Shown in pieces: positions 31,823 to 40,543 of a stretch of DNA of 64,000 nt; position 1 is the first letter of the stretch, and each line of letters opens with the position of its first letter. The position numbers and the translations under genes were made by a program. The notes beneath the pieces are model-generated. The model saw only the letters and a list, made by a program, of their open reading frames with translations, had not been told where the DNA came from and ran no database searches. The stretch is from the NCBI GenBank assembly GCA_024695445.1, contig JAILIG010000117.1, positions 1,041-65,040 of the forward strand. Direction: 5' to 3'. The DNA is from Oscillospiraceae bacterium (GTDB lineage: Bacteria; Bacillota; Clostridia; Oscillospirales; Ruminococcaceae).

Positions 31823-34729
31823 ATGAGAAAAACAGAAGCAGCACGCCGGATCACATCCGGCCGTACACCGCGGCTTACAGCCGTACTGTGCGGGCTTCTG
31901 CTGACCGCCGTATCAGCAGAATTCCCTGCACAGTTACCGCCCAGAGTCAATGCCGCAGCACCTGCAGCGGAGCTCTATGTAGCACCGGACGGAAATGACA
32001 GCAGCGCCGGTACAAAAGACGCTCCGCTCGGCTCTCTCGAAGGCGCCAGAAAAGCAGTGCTCGCAATGAAAAACACGGTACAGGGCGACATTGTCGTCTG
32101 GCTGCGCGGCGGAATCTACAGGCAGACGGAACCGGTTGTGTTCACGCCGGAGGATTCCGGACAAAACGGCAACCGCATCATCTATCAAGCTTATCCGAAC
32201 GAGGAGCCTGTCATCAGCGGCGCTTCCCGGGTAACCGGATGGTCAAAGTTCAATGATCAGCTCTATGTTGCCGCCTTTGACAGGGATACGAAGCTTCGAA
32301 ATCTTTATGTCAACGATCACCGCGCCAACATGGGCAGCGTCGGAGCTGCCGCACAGGGCGGATACGGTGATTACAGCATCACAGCGGGACAGGCGTCGTG
32401 GGCATGGGATTCCGGCAGAAAAAGCGACGGCATCAAATATAATGCAGGCGATGTGCCGCATATCGATTCCAACAAAGATGACCTTGAAGTTGTCAACGGC
32501 ACAACATGGAATGAAAACATCGTTTGTTCCCGTGATGTCCGCTATGAAAACGGCACGATGATCCTTCTGATGCAGCAGCCGTACGGCTCGATTGCACAGA
32601 CGCCCGGCTGGGGTGCAGGATTCACCTGCAGCGGCTGGCACACGCTTTACAATGCATTCAGCTTCGTGGACTCACCCGGTGAATTCTTCTTTGACAAAAC
32701 AGAGCATAAGCTCTACTATTATCCGTTTGAATGGGAAGATATGTCCTCTGTCGATGTAGAAGCACCAAGCGCGGAGCAGCTGATCGTTATTGCCGGAGAA
32801 TCCACCTCTAAGCGTGTTGAAAATCTCACCTTCAGCGGGATTACATTCGCCCACACCGACTACAACCTGACCGATGTCGGAGGCTCTCACGGCAAAACCA
32901 CCTGTCAGGCAGCACAGACCTATACGGCCTTTGCAGACTCCAACTGGCACAGCAAAAAATACGAAATGGTTGATACGCTGCCGGCAATGATTCATGTCAC
33001 GAGCAGCAATTCGATTCAGTTTACAGGCAATGTCATCAAGCACAGCGGTGCGGACGGCATTTCCATGACAAACGATGTTATCAACAGCGACATTTCCGGC
33101 AACTACATCACCGATATCACCTCATCCGGTATTACAGTGGGACATCCGCAGCATATCTACATCGGAGACGGCGACGGTTCCAACCGTGAAAAATTCCCGC
33201 GCGGTGTCGAGGGCGTCTGCAAAAATGACACAATCTGTGACAATCTGCTCTATGACATTTCAGTTGTCCACGGCTTCGGCGGCTGTGCAGCTGTTACGGT
33301 CTATTTCGCAGATTCCGTCAAAGTGCTGCGCAATCAGGTCGAGAAAACTGCGTACAACGGCATTCACCTCGGCTGGGGATGGTGCAATTTCCAGGATTCC
33401 GAAACCTGCCGCGACAATATGATCTGCAATAACCGTGTCATCAACTGTCTGAACCGGCTGCACGACAGCGGCGGCATTTATACAATCGGACAAATGCCCG
33501 GCACCGTCATCAACGAAAACTATGTGCAGGGCATTCCGGCAGGCGGTCCCGGTGCGCCAACATATGGCCTGCACAACGACGAAGGCACCGCTTGGATAGA
33601 AGAAAATGACAATGTGCTGGAAATTGATCCCAATGTCACCTACACGATCAACTGTGAAGATTACGGTCAGAAGCATCACCTGACCATTCTGCGCACCTAT
33701 GCGACCGTCCGAAAAATGGGAATCAACCCGCCGGACAGCCGGATCGACGATCCGATTGTAGTATCTGACAATGTCTGGCCGCAGCGGCAGTATGATATTT
33801 GCCTCAATTCCGGATTGCAGGACAGCTTTAAAAGCATTATGCCGGACGGAATGATAAAGGACGCGGACTATGTTTTCCCGGCAAGCTGCCAGAGCAAATG
33901 TGAATACAATCTCCCGATCCGGGCAGCCGGCTCCGGCAAAACTGTCTGGATCGCCCCGGACAATACCGCTTCCTTCCAAAAAGGCTCCGACATGACCAAG
34001 GCGTCCGGTACCGCGACAAAAATCAAGACTCCGTCCGAAGAAGGCACATACCGGATTTATGTAACTGATTCAACCGGAAAAATCCTGAGCAAATCCGGTC
34101 ATATCCTGCGCATCAGCGGCAGCGGTTCCGGTGTTGAGGCTTCCTCTTACGATGTGCAGTCCGGCGTGGACCTTGAAAATTGTCAGGAAGGTGGGCAGGA
34201 TGTTGCATATATCGAGGACGGCGATTATATCGGCTTCAAGGATGTCGATTTCGGCAGCGGCCCGGATGCAATAGGCCTGCGAATCGGCTCGCCCAACAGC
34301 GGCTCTTCCGTAGAAATCCGGCTGGATGCGCCGGACGGTAAGCTGATCGGCACCTGTCAGGTCGAAGAAACCGGCGGCTGGCAGACATGGGCAACACAAC
34401 GAGCTACACTGGAAAAAGCAACGGGAAAGCACGACTTATACCTTGTCTTCAGAGGCGGAGAAGGCTACCTGTTCAATGTGGCATGGTGGAAACTGATTTT
34501 TCCTGCCGGCAGTGAGTCAAACGACTTTATCTACGGAGATATCAACGCTGACGGCAGTGTCGATGCAAGAGATCTCGCACTGTTGAAGCGTGCATATCTT
34601 TCCGGTGCGATTGATGATCTTGAACCGGCCGATCTCAACGGCAGCGGGGACCTTGATCTTGAGGATATCACCTTGCACAGAGATTTCCTGCTCGGAAAGA
34701 TCACAGTCTTCCCGGCTATGGAAACATAA
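31823..34729 (+). CDS. Secreted right-handed beta-helix (pectate-lyase-fold) carbohydrate-active protein + CBM6-like module + dockerin
   Basis: 968 aa. Signal peptide. Beta-helix repeats (ITFAHTDYN, NVIKHSGADGISM, NGIHLGWGW, HDSGGIYTIG). CBM6-like YIEDGDYIGFKDVDFGSG..GGWQTWAT. Dockerin GDINADGSVDARDLALLKR..DLNGSGDLDLEDI. Confidence 0.8.
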   Translation: MRKTEAARRITSGRTPRLTAVLCGLLLTAVSAEFPAQLPPRVNAAAPAAELYVAPDGNDSSAGTKDAPLGSLEGARKAVLAMKNTVQGDIVVWLRGGIYRQTEPVVFTPEDSGQNGNRIIYQAYPNEEPVISGASRVTGWSKFNDQLYVAAFDRDTKLRNLYVNDHRANMGSVGAAAQGGYGDYSITAGQASWAWDSGRKSDGIKYNAGDVPHIDSNKDDLEVVNGTTWNENIVCSRDVRYENGTMILLMQQPYGSIAQTPGWGAGFTCSGWHTLYNAFSFVDSPGEFFFDKTEHKLYYYPFEWEDMSSVDVEAPSAEQLIVIAGESTSKRVENLTFSGITFAHTDYNLTDVGGSHGKTTCQAAQTYTAFADSNWHSKKYEMVDTLPAMIHVTSSNSIQFTGNVIKHSGADGISMTNDVINSDISGNYITDITSSGITVGHPQHIYIGDGDGSNREKFPRGVEGVCKNDTICDNLLYDISVVHGFGGCAAVTVYFADSVKVLRNQVEKTAYNGIHLGWGWCNFQDSETCRDNMICNNRVINCLNRLHDSGGIYTIGQMPGTVINENYVQGIPAGGPGAPTYGLHNDEGTAWIEENDNVLEIDPNVTYTINCEDYGQKHHLTILRTYATVRKMGINPPDSRIDDPIVVSDNVWPQRQYDICLNSGLQDSFKSIMPDGMIKDADYVFPASCQSKCEYNLPIRAAGSGKTVWIAPDNTASFQKGSDMTKASGTATKIKTPSEEGTYRIYVTDSTGKILSKSGHILRISGSGSGVEASSYDVQSGVDLENCQEGGQDVAYIEDGDYIGFKDVDFGSGPDAIGLRIGSPNSGSSVEIRLDAPDGKLIGTCQVEETGGWQTWATQRATLEKATGKHDLYLVFRGGEGYLFNVAWWKLIFPAGSESNDFIYGDINADGSVDARDLALLKRAYLSGAIDDLEPADLNGSGDLDLEDITLHRDFLLGKITVFPAMET

Positions 34730-34740
34730 CTCGGAACAGT

Positions 34741-34780
34741 GAAGCCTGCGGAGCTAAAGTCTCCGCAGGCTTCGTGATTT
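34741..34780 (+). terminator. Terminator after the beta-helix gene
   Basis: 13-bp perfect stem GAAGCCTGCGGAG/CTCCGCAGGCTTC with a 7-nt loop. Confidence 0.75.
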
Positions 34781-34878
34781 CCCTCTTTACATTCCGCTGA
34801 AAATATGTTATAATACCGGTATACTCTTGGCTGAGGCAGTCCGAACGGACTGCCTCATTCTGCGGAAAGGATATTTGT

Positions 34879-35814
34879 ATGAAAGAGCCCGGCAAATGCC
34901 TGACAAAAACGCCGGTTGTGGCCCTGCTGGCACTGATAAGCTGTGCGCTGTGGGGCAGTGCGTTCTCTGCGGTGAAGCTCAGCTATCAGATGCTTGAGAT
35001 TCCGGAAAATGCGTGGGCAGATCAGCTGACATTCGGCGGAATCCGGTTTGCAATCGCCGGCATCATGGTGCTGCTGACCGGCAGTCTTGCAGAAAGAAAG
35101 CCGCTGCTTCCCGCTGCACAAACGGTACCGAAAATCTGTATCATCGGCTTTTTTCAGACTGTCATGCAGTATTTTTGCTATTATATCGGCCTGGCACATA
35201 CCAGCGGCGTCAAGGCTTCTGTCCTTGTCGGAACCAATGTGTTTCTTGCCATTTTCATTTCATCTCTGGTACTCCGGCTGGAAAAGCTGACATTTCGGAA
35301 AATCGCCGGTTCTGCCGTCGGATTTCTCGGAATTGTGCTGATTCACTTCAATGCCCTGACAGACGGCAGCGGATTCAGATGGATCGGAGAAGGCATGATT
35401 TTACTCTGCACCGTTGCAAGCGGCTTCTCCTCTGCGTTCATGAAAAAGCTCTCTCATAACGAAAACCCTGTACTGCTGAGCGGCTGGCAGTTTCTAGCCG
35501 GCGGAACGGTATTAGCCGGAATCGGCATCGTCAACGGCGGCTCAGCCGGCCATTTTACCGCCAAATCGTTTCTGCTCCTGCTGTACCTCGCCTTCATTTC
35601 GGCAGCAGCATATTCTATCTGGGCAATTCTGCTGAAGTACAATCCGGTTTCCAAAGTATCCGTATTCGGCTTTCTGAACCCGATCTGCGGCGTGGTAATC
35701 TCCGCTGTGATACTGCAGGAATCCAATCAGATCACGCCGATGTTTGTGGTTTCACTCATTCTGGTTTGTGCCGGAATCATCACGGTCAATTCCGCATCCG
35801 GTCACCCGAAATAA
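34879..35814 (+). CDS. EamA/DMT-superfamily transporter
   Basis: 311 aa, about 10 TM helices arranged as two EamA repeats (ALWGSAFSAVK..; second repeat ISAAAYSIWAILL). Confidence 0.85.
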   Translation: MKEPGKCLTKTPVVALLALISCALWGSAFSAVKLSYQMLEIPENAWADQLTFGGIRFAIAGIMVLLTGSLAERKPLLPAAQTVPKICIIGFFQTVMQYFCYYIGLAHTSGVKASVLVGTNVFLAIFISSLVLRLEKLTFRKIAGSAVGFLGIVLIHFNALTDGSGFRWIGEGMILLCTVASGFSSAFMKKLSHNENPVLLSGWQFLAGGTVLAGIGIVNGGSAGHFTAKSFLLLLYLAFISAAAYSIWAILLKYNPVSKVSVFGFLNPICGVVISAVILQESNQITPMFVVSLILVCAGIITVNSASGHPK

Positions 35815-35873
35815 CACTGAACCCGGCTTGCGCTCTGCAAACAGGGTTCTTTCATATGTGTGAAACCTTTAGA

Positions 35874-36608
35874 TCATACGGAGCGGCCTCGGTGTGCACG
35901 GATTGCAGCTGCCGTAAAAGCGGCAGTCCCCGCACCTCCGGCAGCGTCAATATTTTCCGTAAATTCACCGCCTGCCTCGTACATCCCGGCAAGCCCGCAG
36001 AGAATCTCATCCGTGCAGGGATAATAATGGTCAGTAATAAACTGCTGCAGCTTATCGACCTGCATCCCGACCTGTTCCGACTCGCACGAAAGCGTCTTCA
36101 TACCGCCGAATTCAGTAAAGATGCGCATGAAATCCCGAATCATCCGCTCCTGCTCCTGCGGTGTCCTGTTCTCCTCTGCAGCCATGGCCGCACGGTATTC
36201 CTCGGTATGTCCCCACTGCTCTTTGGCGCGCCTTGCATAATCCTCAAGCTTCGTTTTGTCAAACGCCTGAAAATCCATACAGTCTCCTCCTTTCTGCTGC
36301 AGTCCGCGGGCGAATGCGATCAAACCCTGTAACCGTTCTGCCTGAAGCGTCAGCAGTTCGATCTGCTGAGCCAGTGCAAGCGAGCGGTCAAAGTCCGGCG
36401 CATCCAGAATCTCTGCGATCCCGGCCAGCGAAAAACCGAGCTCCCGAAACAGCAGAATCTGCTGCAGCCGTTCCAGTGCCGCAGTGTCATAAAGCCGGTA
36501 TCCGGACTGTGTATACTGCGCCGGCGACAGCAACCCGATTTTGTCATAATACTGCAGTGTACGCACACTGACACCGGTCAGTACGCTGACTTCTTTGACT
36601 GTTTTCAT
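35874..36608 (-). CDS. MerR-family regulator with TipAS-type C-terminal effector domain
   Basis: ATG 36608 (MKTVKEVSVLTGVSVRTLQYYDKIGLL) follows GGGAGGAAA. MerR HTH + coiled coil + TipAS-like tail. The track ORF extends to 36662. Confidence 0.88.
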   Translation of the reverse strand: MKTVKEVSVLTGVSVRTLQYYDKIGLLSPAQYTQSGYRLYDTAALERLQQILLFRELGFSLAGIAEILDAPDFDRSLALAQQIELLTLQAERLQGLIAFARGLQQKGGDCMDFQAFDKTKLEDYARRAKEQWGHTEEYRAAMAAEENRTPQEQERMIRDFMRIFTEFGGMKTLSCESEQVGMQVDKLQQFITDHYYPCTDEILCGLAGMYEAGGEFTENIDAAGGAGTAAFTAAAIRAHRGRSV

Positions 36609-36631
36609 CGCATTTCCTCCCGCTGATTTGC

Positions 36632-36662
36632 AGTATATACTATGACGCAGCGTCAGAGTCAA
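36632..36662 (-). promoter_or_regulatory. MerR-type promoter/operator with 19-nt spacer
   Basis: Minus strand: TTGACT - CTGACGCTGCGTCATAGTA (19 nt) - TATACT. The spacer contains the perfect dyad TGACGC-T-GCGTCA (36643-36655). Confidence 0.6.
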
Positions 36663-36749
36663 CGGCTTGCGCCGATTTTTGTCTCAGCATCCAAATCGGC
36701 CGCCTTTTTGTTCTGCTTTTTGCACGAATCAAACAACAATTCCTTCCAT

Positions 36750-36811
36750 AAAACGCTGCAGCGTTTTGGTTCAGCACTCCAAACGCTGCAGCGTCTTTTA
36801 TATGGTTCAGC
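36750..36811. repeat. Tandem palindrome-containing direct repeat downstream of the GH30 gene
   Basis: Two copies of AAACGCTGCAGCGT (the first extends to an 18-bp perfect palindrome AAAACGCTGCAGCGTTTT). Each is followed by GGTTCAGC. Period is about 31 bp. Confidence 0.5.
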
Positions 36812-36815
36812 GACA

Positions 36816-39395
36816 TCAGCCCTTCAGCAGCATCCGTTTCAGCAGCGCAAGATCAATCGCTGTCAGTTTGCCGTCGCCGTCAAGGTCGCCGGCCTTCCAG
36901 TCGGTTACGGTTCCGAGCACGAGCAAGTATTTATGCAGCATCACAGCATCTGCAATTCCGAGGGAACTGTCCGCATTCACATCTCCGCGCACAGCCGTCA
37001 CAGGTGTGCCATATACAGCGATTTCCGCGATGTTGCAGCAGTAAACACTGTCCTTATTGGCGGAACTCTTCGGCGCACCGGACGGAACTGCATACCGCAG
37101 ATACCGTGCCGTCATATCACCGGAGAAATCAGAAACATAGTGCATCCCGAAAGAGGGCACCCCGTTCACCGTATACACTTTTTGCCATTCTGAGCCGTCT
37201 TTTGAAATTTCAAAGTAGCTGTCTTCTGCACGGTACTCATATCCGCTCCGCGGGCAATAACCGATGCTCTCAATCTGATACAGGGCGCCGAAATCAGCTG
37301 TAACCCAGCCATCTCCGACTCCGTCAAAGAAAGTCGCAGTGTTGCCGTCAAACGCATTGGCCGGCCCGTTTGCCGACTGTCCCCACGGATCCGAACCGGT
37401 CACATGGTCCGCATCAATTTCAATCTTCGGAAGCTGTGAGAGACCGGCAGGCGTTCCGAAAATTGCAATCTCCGCGATGTTGCAGCAATAGGTGCTGTCG
37501 GTATTGTATCCGTTGTTCGGTTTACCGTCCGGCACCTGATACCTTACATACCGGCCGGATGCCGCCTGTTTCGGGCGGACATAGTGCATCCCGAAGCTCG
37601 GCGAACCGGAAATTGTATAAACTGTTGTCCAGTTTGTGCCGTCCTCCGAAACCATAAACATTCCGTCCGCACAGCGCGACTCATAACCGGAGCGCGGGCA
37701 GTAACCGAATCCGGTGATATCGTAAACAGCACCGAGATCCGCCTGCACCCAGCCGGCACTCAGCCCGTCAAAATAGGATGATGTGCTGCCGTCGAAGGCT
37801 TTTTCGCAGCTGTAGCTGCTGTCATTCTTCCACGATTCCGTTCCGGTCACAGAAACCGGTGCCAGTGCCGTTCCGAGATCGGCGCCGCCCTTTACATTGT
37901 CAATCAGATAAGTCGTCACAGAGTTCGGTGCAAGTGAGACCTTCAGCATTCCGTCCGTGACAGCAGGGCTCCCGGCATCCGCCCAGTTTTCGGTCTGGCT
38001 GGTCCGGATTGCCTTCGCCGAGCTGCCGACCGCATCAAACTGTGTCAGATCAAAGGTCATCTCTGACGCATTCGCAGCCGTATTATATGCGACCAGAACA
38101 AGCTGCCCTTTCTTTTTGTCCAGTGCGGCCATAGTCGTACCGGAAGAATTCAGCATCGTCATACCCGGCCGGATATACCGGGTGTACTGTCCGAAGCAGT
38201 AATACTTTTTTGACAAAATAATCGTATTCTGGTCGTGATCCGCAACCGCAACACCCCAGAACCCGCCGTCAATGTTCGGCATACCGGAATCGCGTTTGCC
38301 GTTCCAGCCCGCCGCACTGACATGATTGTCAATCAGCTGCCAGAGGATCCAGGCGGACGCATTCAGGCCGTTGCAGTCCGTTGTAATGCGTCCCGCAAGC
38401 CAAAGACCGCCGGACATATTTCCGGCATTTGTTCCGGCCGTACCGTTCCCGTCCACTTCACTCATCCATAAGTTTTTTCCGGCTGCCAACGCCGTATCCT
38501 TCAGCTGACCGCGTTTGCTGCCGCCGTAGGTATGCGTGTCGATCCGGGAAATCGCCTTTTTAGCGTCAGAGGAAAGCGAATTATAGGCATCAATCTGCAG
38601 ATCGATCGAAGTCTCATCGGTTCCGCATAGAATGACATCGCTCATTCCGCGGTCTGCCATTGCTTTTTGCAGTTCCAGAATGATTTTTGACTCAGAATTG
38701 CCGATGTCAAAATGGCAGCCCTCCTGTTTCTTGCTGTAAGCGCCCCAGAAATCGGTATACGGTTCGTTCATCGCTTCCACGCTCTGAACCTTGATTCCCC
38801 ATTCCTGTTCATAGTGCTTGCAGACCTCTGCCAGATACTCCGCAAATGCCGTGTAGCTGTCATCCCGCAGATTATTCTTTCCTGCATCGGTATTGCCGGT
38901 TGAACAGCCGGATTTCGTCATATAGTACGGCGGAGAATTCGAGAACATTTCGACAATCATGTCCTCACCGGCTTCGCTGCAGCAGCGCTGCAGCACATTG
39001 CGTTGATTCGCATCGGCTGACCAGTCATAGGTCACCTGCCCGTTCTGATATCTGGTATAGCCCGGCATATTGGAATCGGTGCGTGTGATGTGGTCATGCG
39101 TCGGATCATCGCCGCCGCCGATATTGAAGCGTGCGATATTCAGCCGAAGTCCCTCATCGCCGTAGAACAACTCGGCAGCCTTCTGAGAAAGCGTGTCCGA
39201 ATATCCGACACGGTTTGCCCACCAGCACAACGAGGAACCCCAGCCCTCAAAAATGCCCTTATTGATTGCGTAGGTATCCGCAGGTGAAATCACAACGACA
39301 TTTGCAGCCTGTACCGGAACCGGCAGCACAGATCCCGCAGAGCCGAACAGACACATTGCCAATGCCGCTGCAGCTGCTCTGAATTTCCATTTCAT
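36816..39395 (-). CDS. Cellulosomal GH30-family glycoside hydrolase + two F5/8 type C (CBM32-like) modules + dockerin
   Basis: FEGWGSSLCWWANRVGYSD, EAMNEP (acid/base) and LWMSEVDG (nucleophile) fit GH30. Two discoidin-like repeats. Dockerin GDVNADSSLGIADAVMLHKYL..DLDGDGKLTAIDLALLKRML. Start is 39395 or 39410. Confidence 0.85.
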   Translation of the reverse strand: MKWKFRAAAAALAMCLFGSAGSVLPVPVQAANVVVISPADTYAINKGIFEGWGSSLCWWANRVGYSDTLSQKAAELFYGDEGLRLNIARFNIGGGDDPTHDHITRTDSNMPGYTRYQNGQVTYDWSADANQRNVLQRCCSEAGEDMIVEMFSNSPPYYMTKSGCSTGNTDAGKNNLRDDSYTAFAEYLAEVCKHYEQEWGIKVQSVEAMNEPYTDFWGAYSKKQEGCHFDIGNSESKIILELQKAMADRGMSDVILCGTDETSIDLQIDAYNSLSSDAKKAISRIDTHTYGGSKRGQLKDTALAAGKNLWMSEVDGNGTAGTNAGNMSGGLWLAGRITTDCNGLNASAWILWQLIDNHVSAAGWNGKRDSGMPNIDGGFWGVAVADHDQNTIILSKKYYCFGQYTRYIRPGMTMLNSSGTTMAALDKKKGQLVLVAYNTAANASEMTFDLTQFDAVGSSAKAIRTSQTENWADAGSPAVTDGMLKVSLAPNSVTTYLIDNVKGGADLGTALAPVSVTGTESWKNDSSYSCEKAFDGSTSSYFDGLSAGWVQADLGAVYDITGFGYCPRSGYESRCADGMFMVSEDGTNWTTVYTISGSPSFGMHYVRPKQAASGRYVRYQVPDGKPNNGYNTDSTYCCNIAEIAIFGTPAGLSQLPKIEIDADHVTGSDPWGQSANGPANAFDGNTATFFDGVGDGWVTADFGALYQIESIGYCPRSGYEYRAEDSYFEISKDGSEWQKVYTVNGVPSFGMHYVSDFSGDMTARYLRYAVPSGAPKSSANKDSVYCCNIAEIAVYGTPVTAVRGDVNADSSLGIADAVMLHKYLLVLGTVTDWKAGDLDGDGKLTAIDLALLKRMLLKG

Positions 39396-39519
39396 TTTCC
39401 AATCCCCCATTTCTGTTTATCCGTCCGGAGACACTTTCATTATAGCATATCGAATTGCAAAAATCAACAGTTCTTTTCATGTAATACTACAGGTTTTTTT
39501 ATCACATTGTATCAAAATG

Positions 39520-40422
39520 TCAGTCCGCTGTCAGCTCCAGAAGCATTCGCTCCATTGCCCTTGCCGAAGGACTGAGCGGGTGGTCAATTCTGCGGACATA
39601 GCAGACACAGAATACCGGCAGCGGCACCGTCAGTTCCAGCGGGAACACCGTTTCCGGGCATTCACTCCCCTGCAAGAACTGCGCCGGAACGAATCCGACG
39701 CCCAGATTCTGTGAAACCATCGGTAAAATCTGATCGGCAGTTGCCGCTTCAATTTCCGGCTGAAACCGCAAAGACTGTCTGCTGAACCAATCTGCATACA
39801 CCTGATAAGTCTGCGTCCTGCGTCCCAGGGAAACAAGCGGATAACCGGACAATGTTTCCGGAGAAACCGGCACTCCGGCCAGCTCTTTGTAATCCGGCCC
39901 TGCCGCTGCCTGTTCTGTAATGACACGCAGCTGCCGCAAGGCCAGTCCTTTCAGCTCCGGAACCGGATACGGCATCGTCACGACAGCAAGATCAGATTCC
40001 CCGGACCGAAGAGCTGAAATCGCTTCCGGCGTAGAGTGATTTGCGATGCGCAGAAGCACATTCGGGTACTGTTTGCGATAGCAGTTCAAAAGCGGCAGCA
40101 GCAAACAGTGCAGTGCCACCTCCGTCACACCGACAGTCAAAGCTCCCTGCTGTGTTCCAAAGCTGCCGGAAAGTGCTTCCTCGGCAGCCTGAAGCTGCTC
40201 CACCGCAATACGAACATGACGGTAAAGCCGTTCGCCCTCCTGCGTCAAAGAGATTCCGCGGTTTGAACGAATCAGAAGCGTACATCCGAGAGATGCTTCC
40301 AGCTTCTTGACAGTTCTCGTCACATTCGGCTGATTGCTCAGCAGCGCATCCGCTGCTCTGGTCAGGTTCCGGTATTTGGCAACATAATAAAACACCCGAT
40401 AGTAGTCGTAATTAATGTTCAT
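39520..40422 (-). CDS. LysR-family transcriptional regulator (divergent from MATE gene)
   Basis: ATG 40422 (MNINYDYYRVFYYVAKYRNLTRAADALLSNQPNVTR) follows GGAGGA. wHTH plus LysR substrate-binding domain. Confidence 0.88.
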   Translation of the reverse strand: MNINYDYYRVFYYVAKYRNLTRAADALLSNQPNVTRTVKKLEASLGCTLLIRSNRGISLTQEGERLYRHVRIAVEQLQAAEEALSGSFGTQQGALTVGVTEVALHCLLLPLLNCYRKQYPNVLLRIANHSTPEAISALRSGESDLAVVTMPYPVPELKGLALRQLRVITEQAAAGPDYKELAGVPVSPETLSGYPLVSLGRRTQTYQVYADWFSRQSLRFQPEIEAATADQILPMVSQNLGVGFVPAQFLQGSECPETVFPLELTVPLPVFCVCYVRRIDHPLSPSARAMERMLLELTAD

Positions 40423-40470
40423 ACCGTCCTCCATATCAGATCTGTATGATAACAATTCCTTATATACATT

Positions 40471-40486
40471 TTACATATTTCTGTAA
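40471..40486. promoter_or_regulatory. Candidate LysR-box dyad in the lysR/MATE divergent region
   Basis: TTACA-N6-TGTAA just upstream of a TATAAT at 40493-40498. Confidence 0.3.
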
Positions 40487-40543
40487 ATATATTATAATAG
40501 AGAAGATGCATGATGTCAAGTGTTTTTTACGGAGGACCAATCT

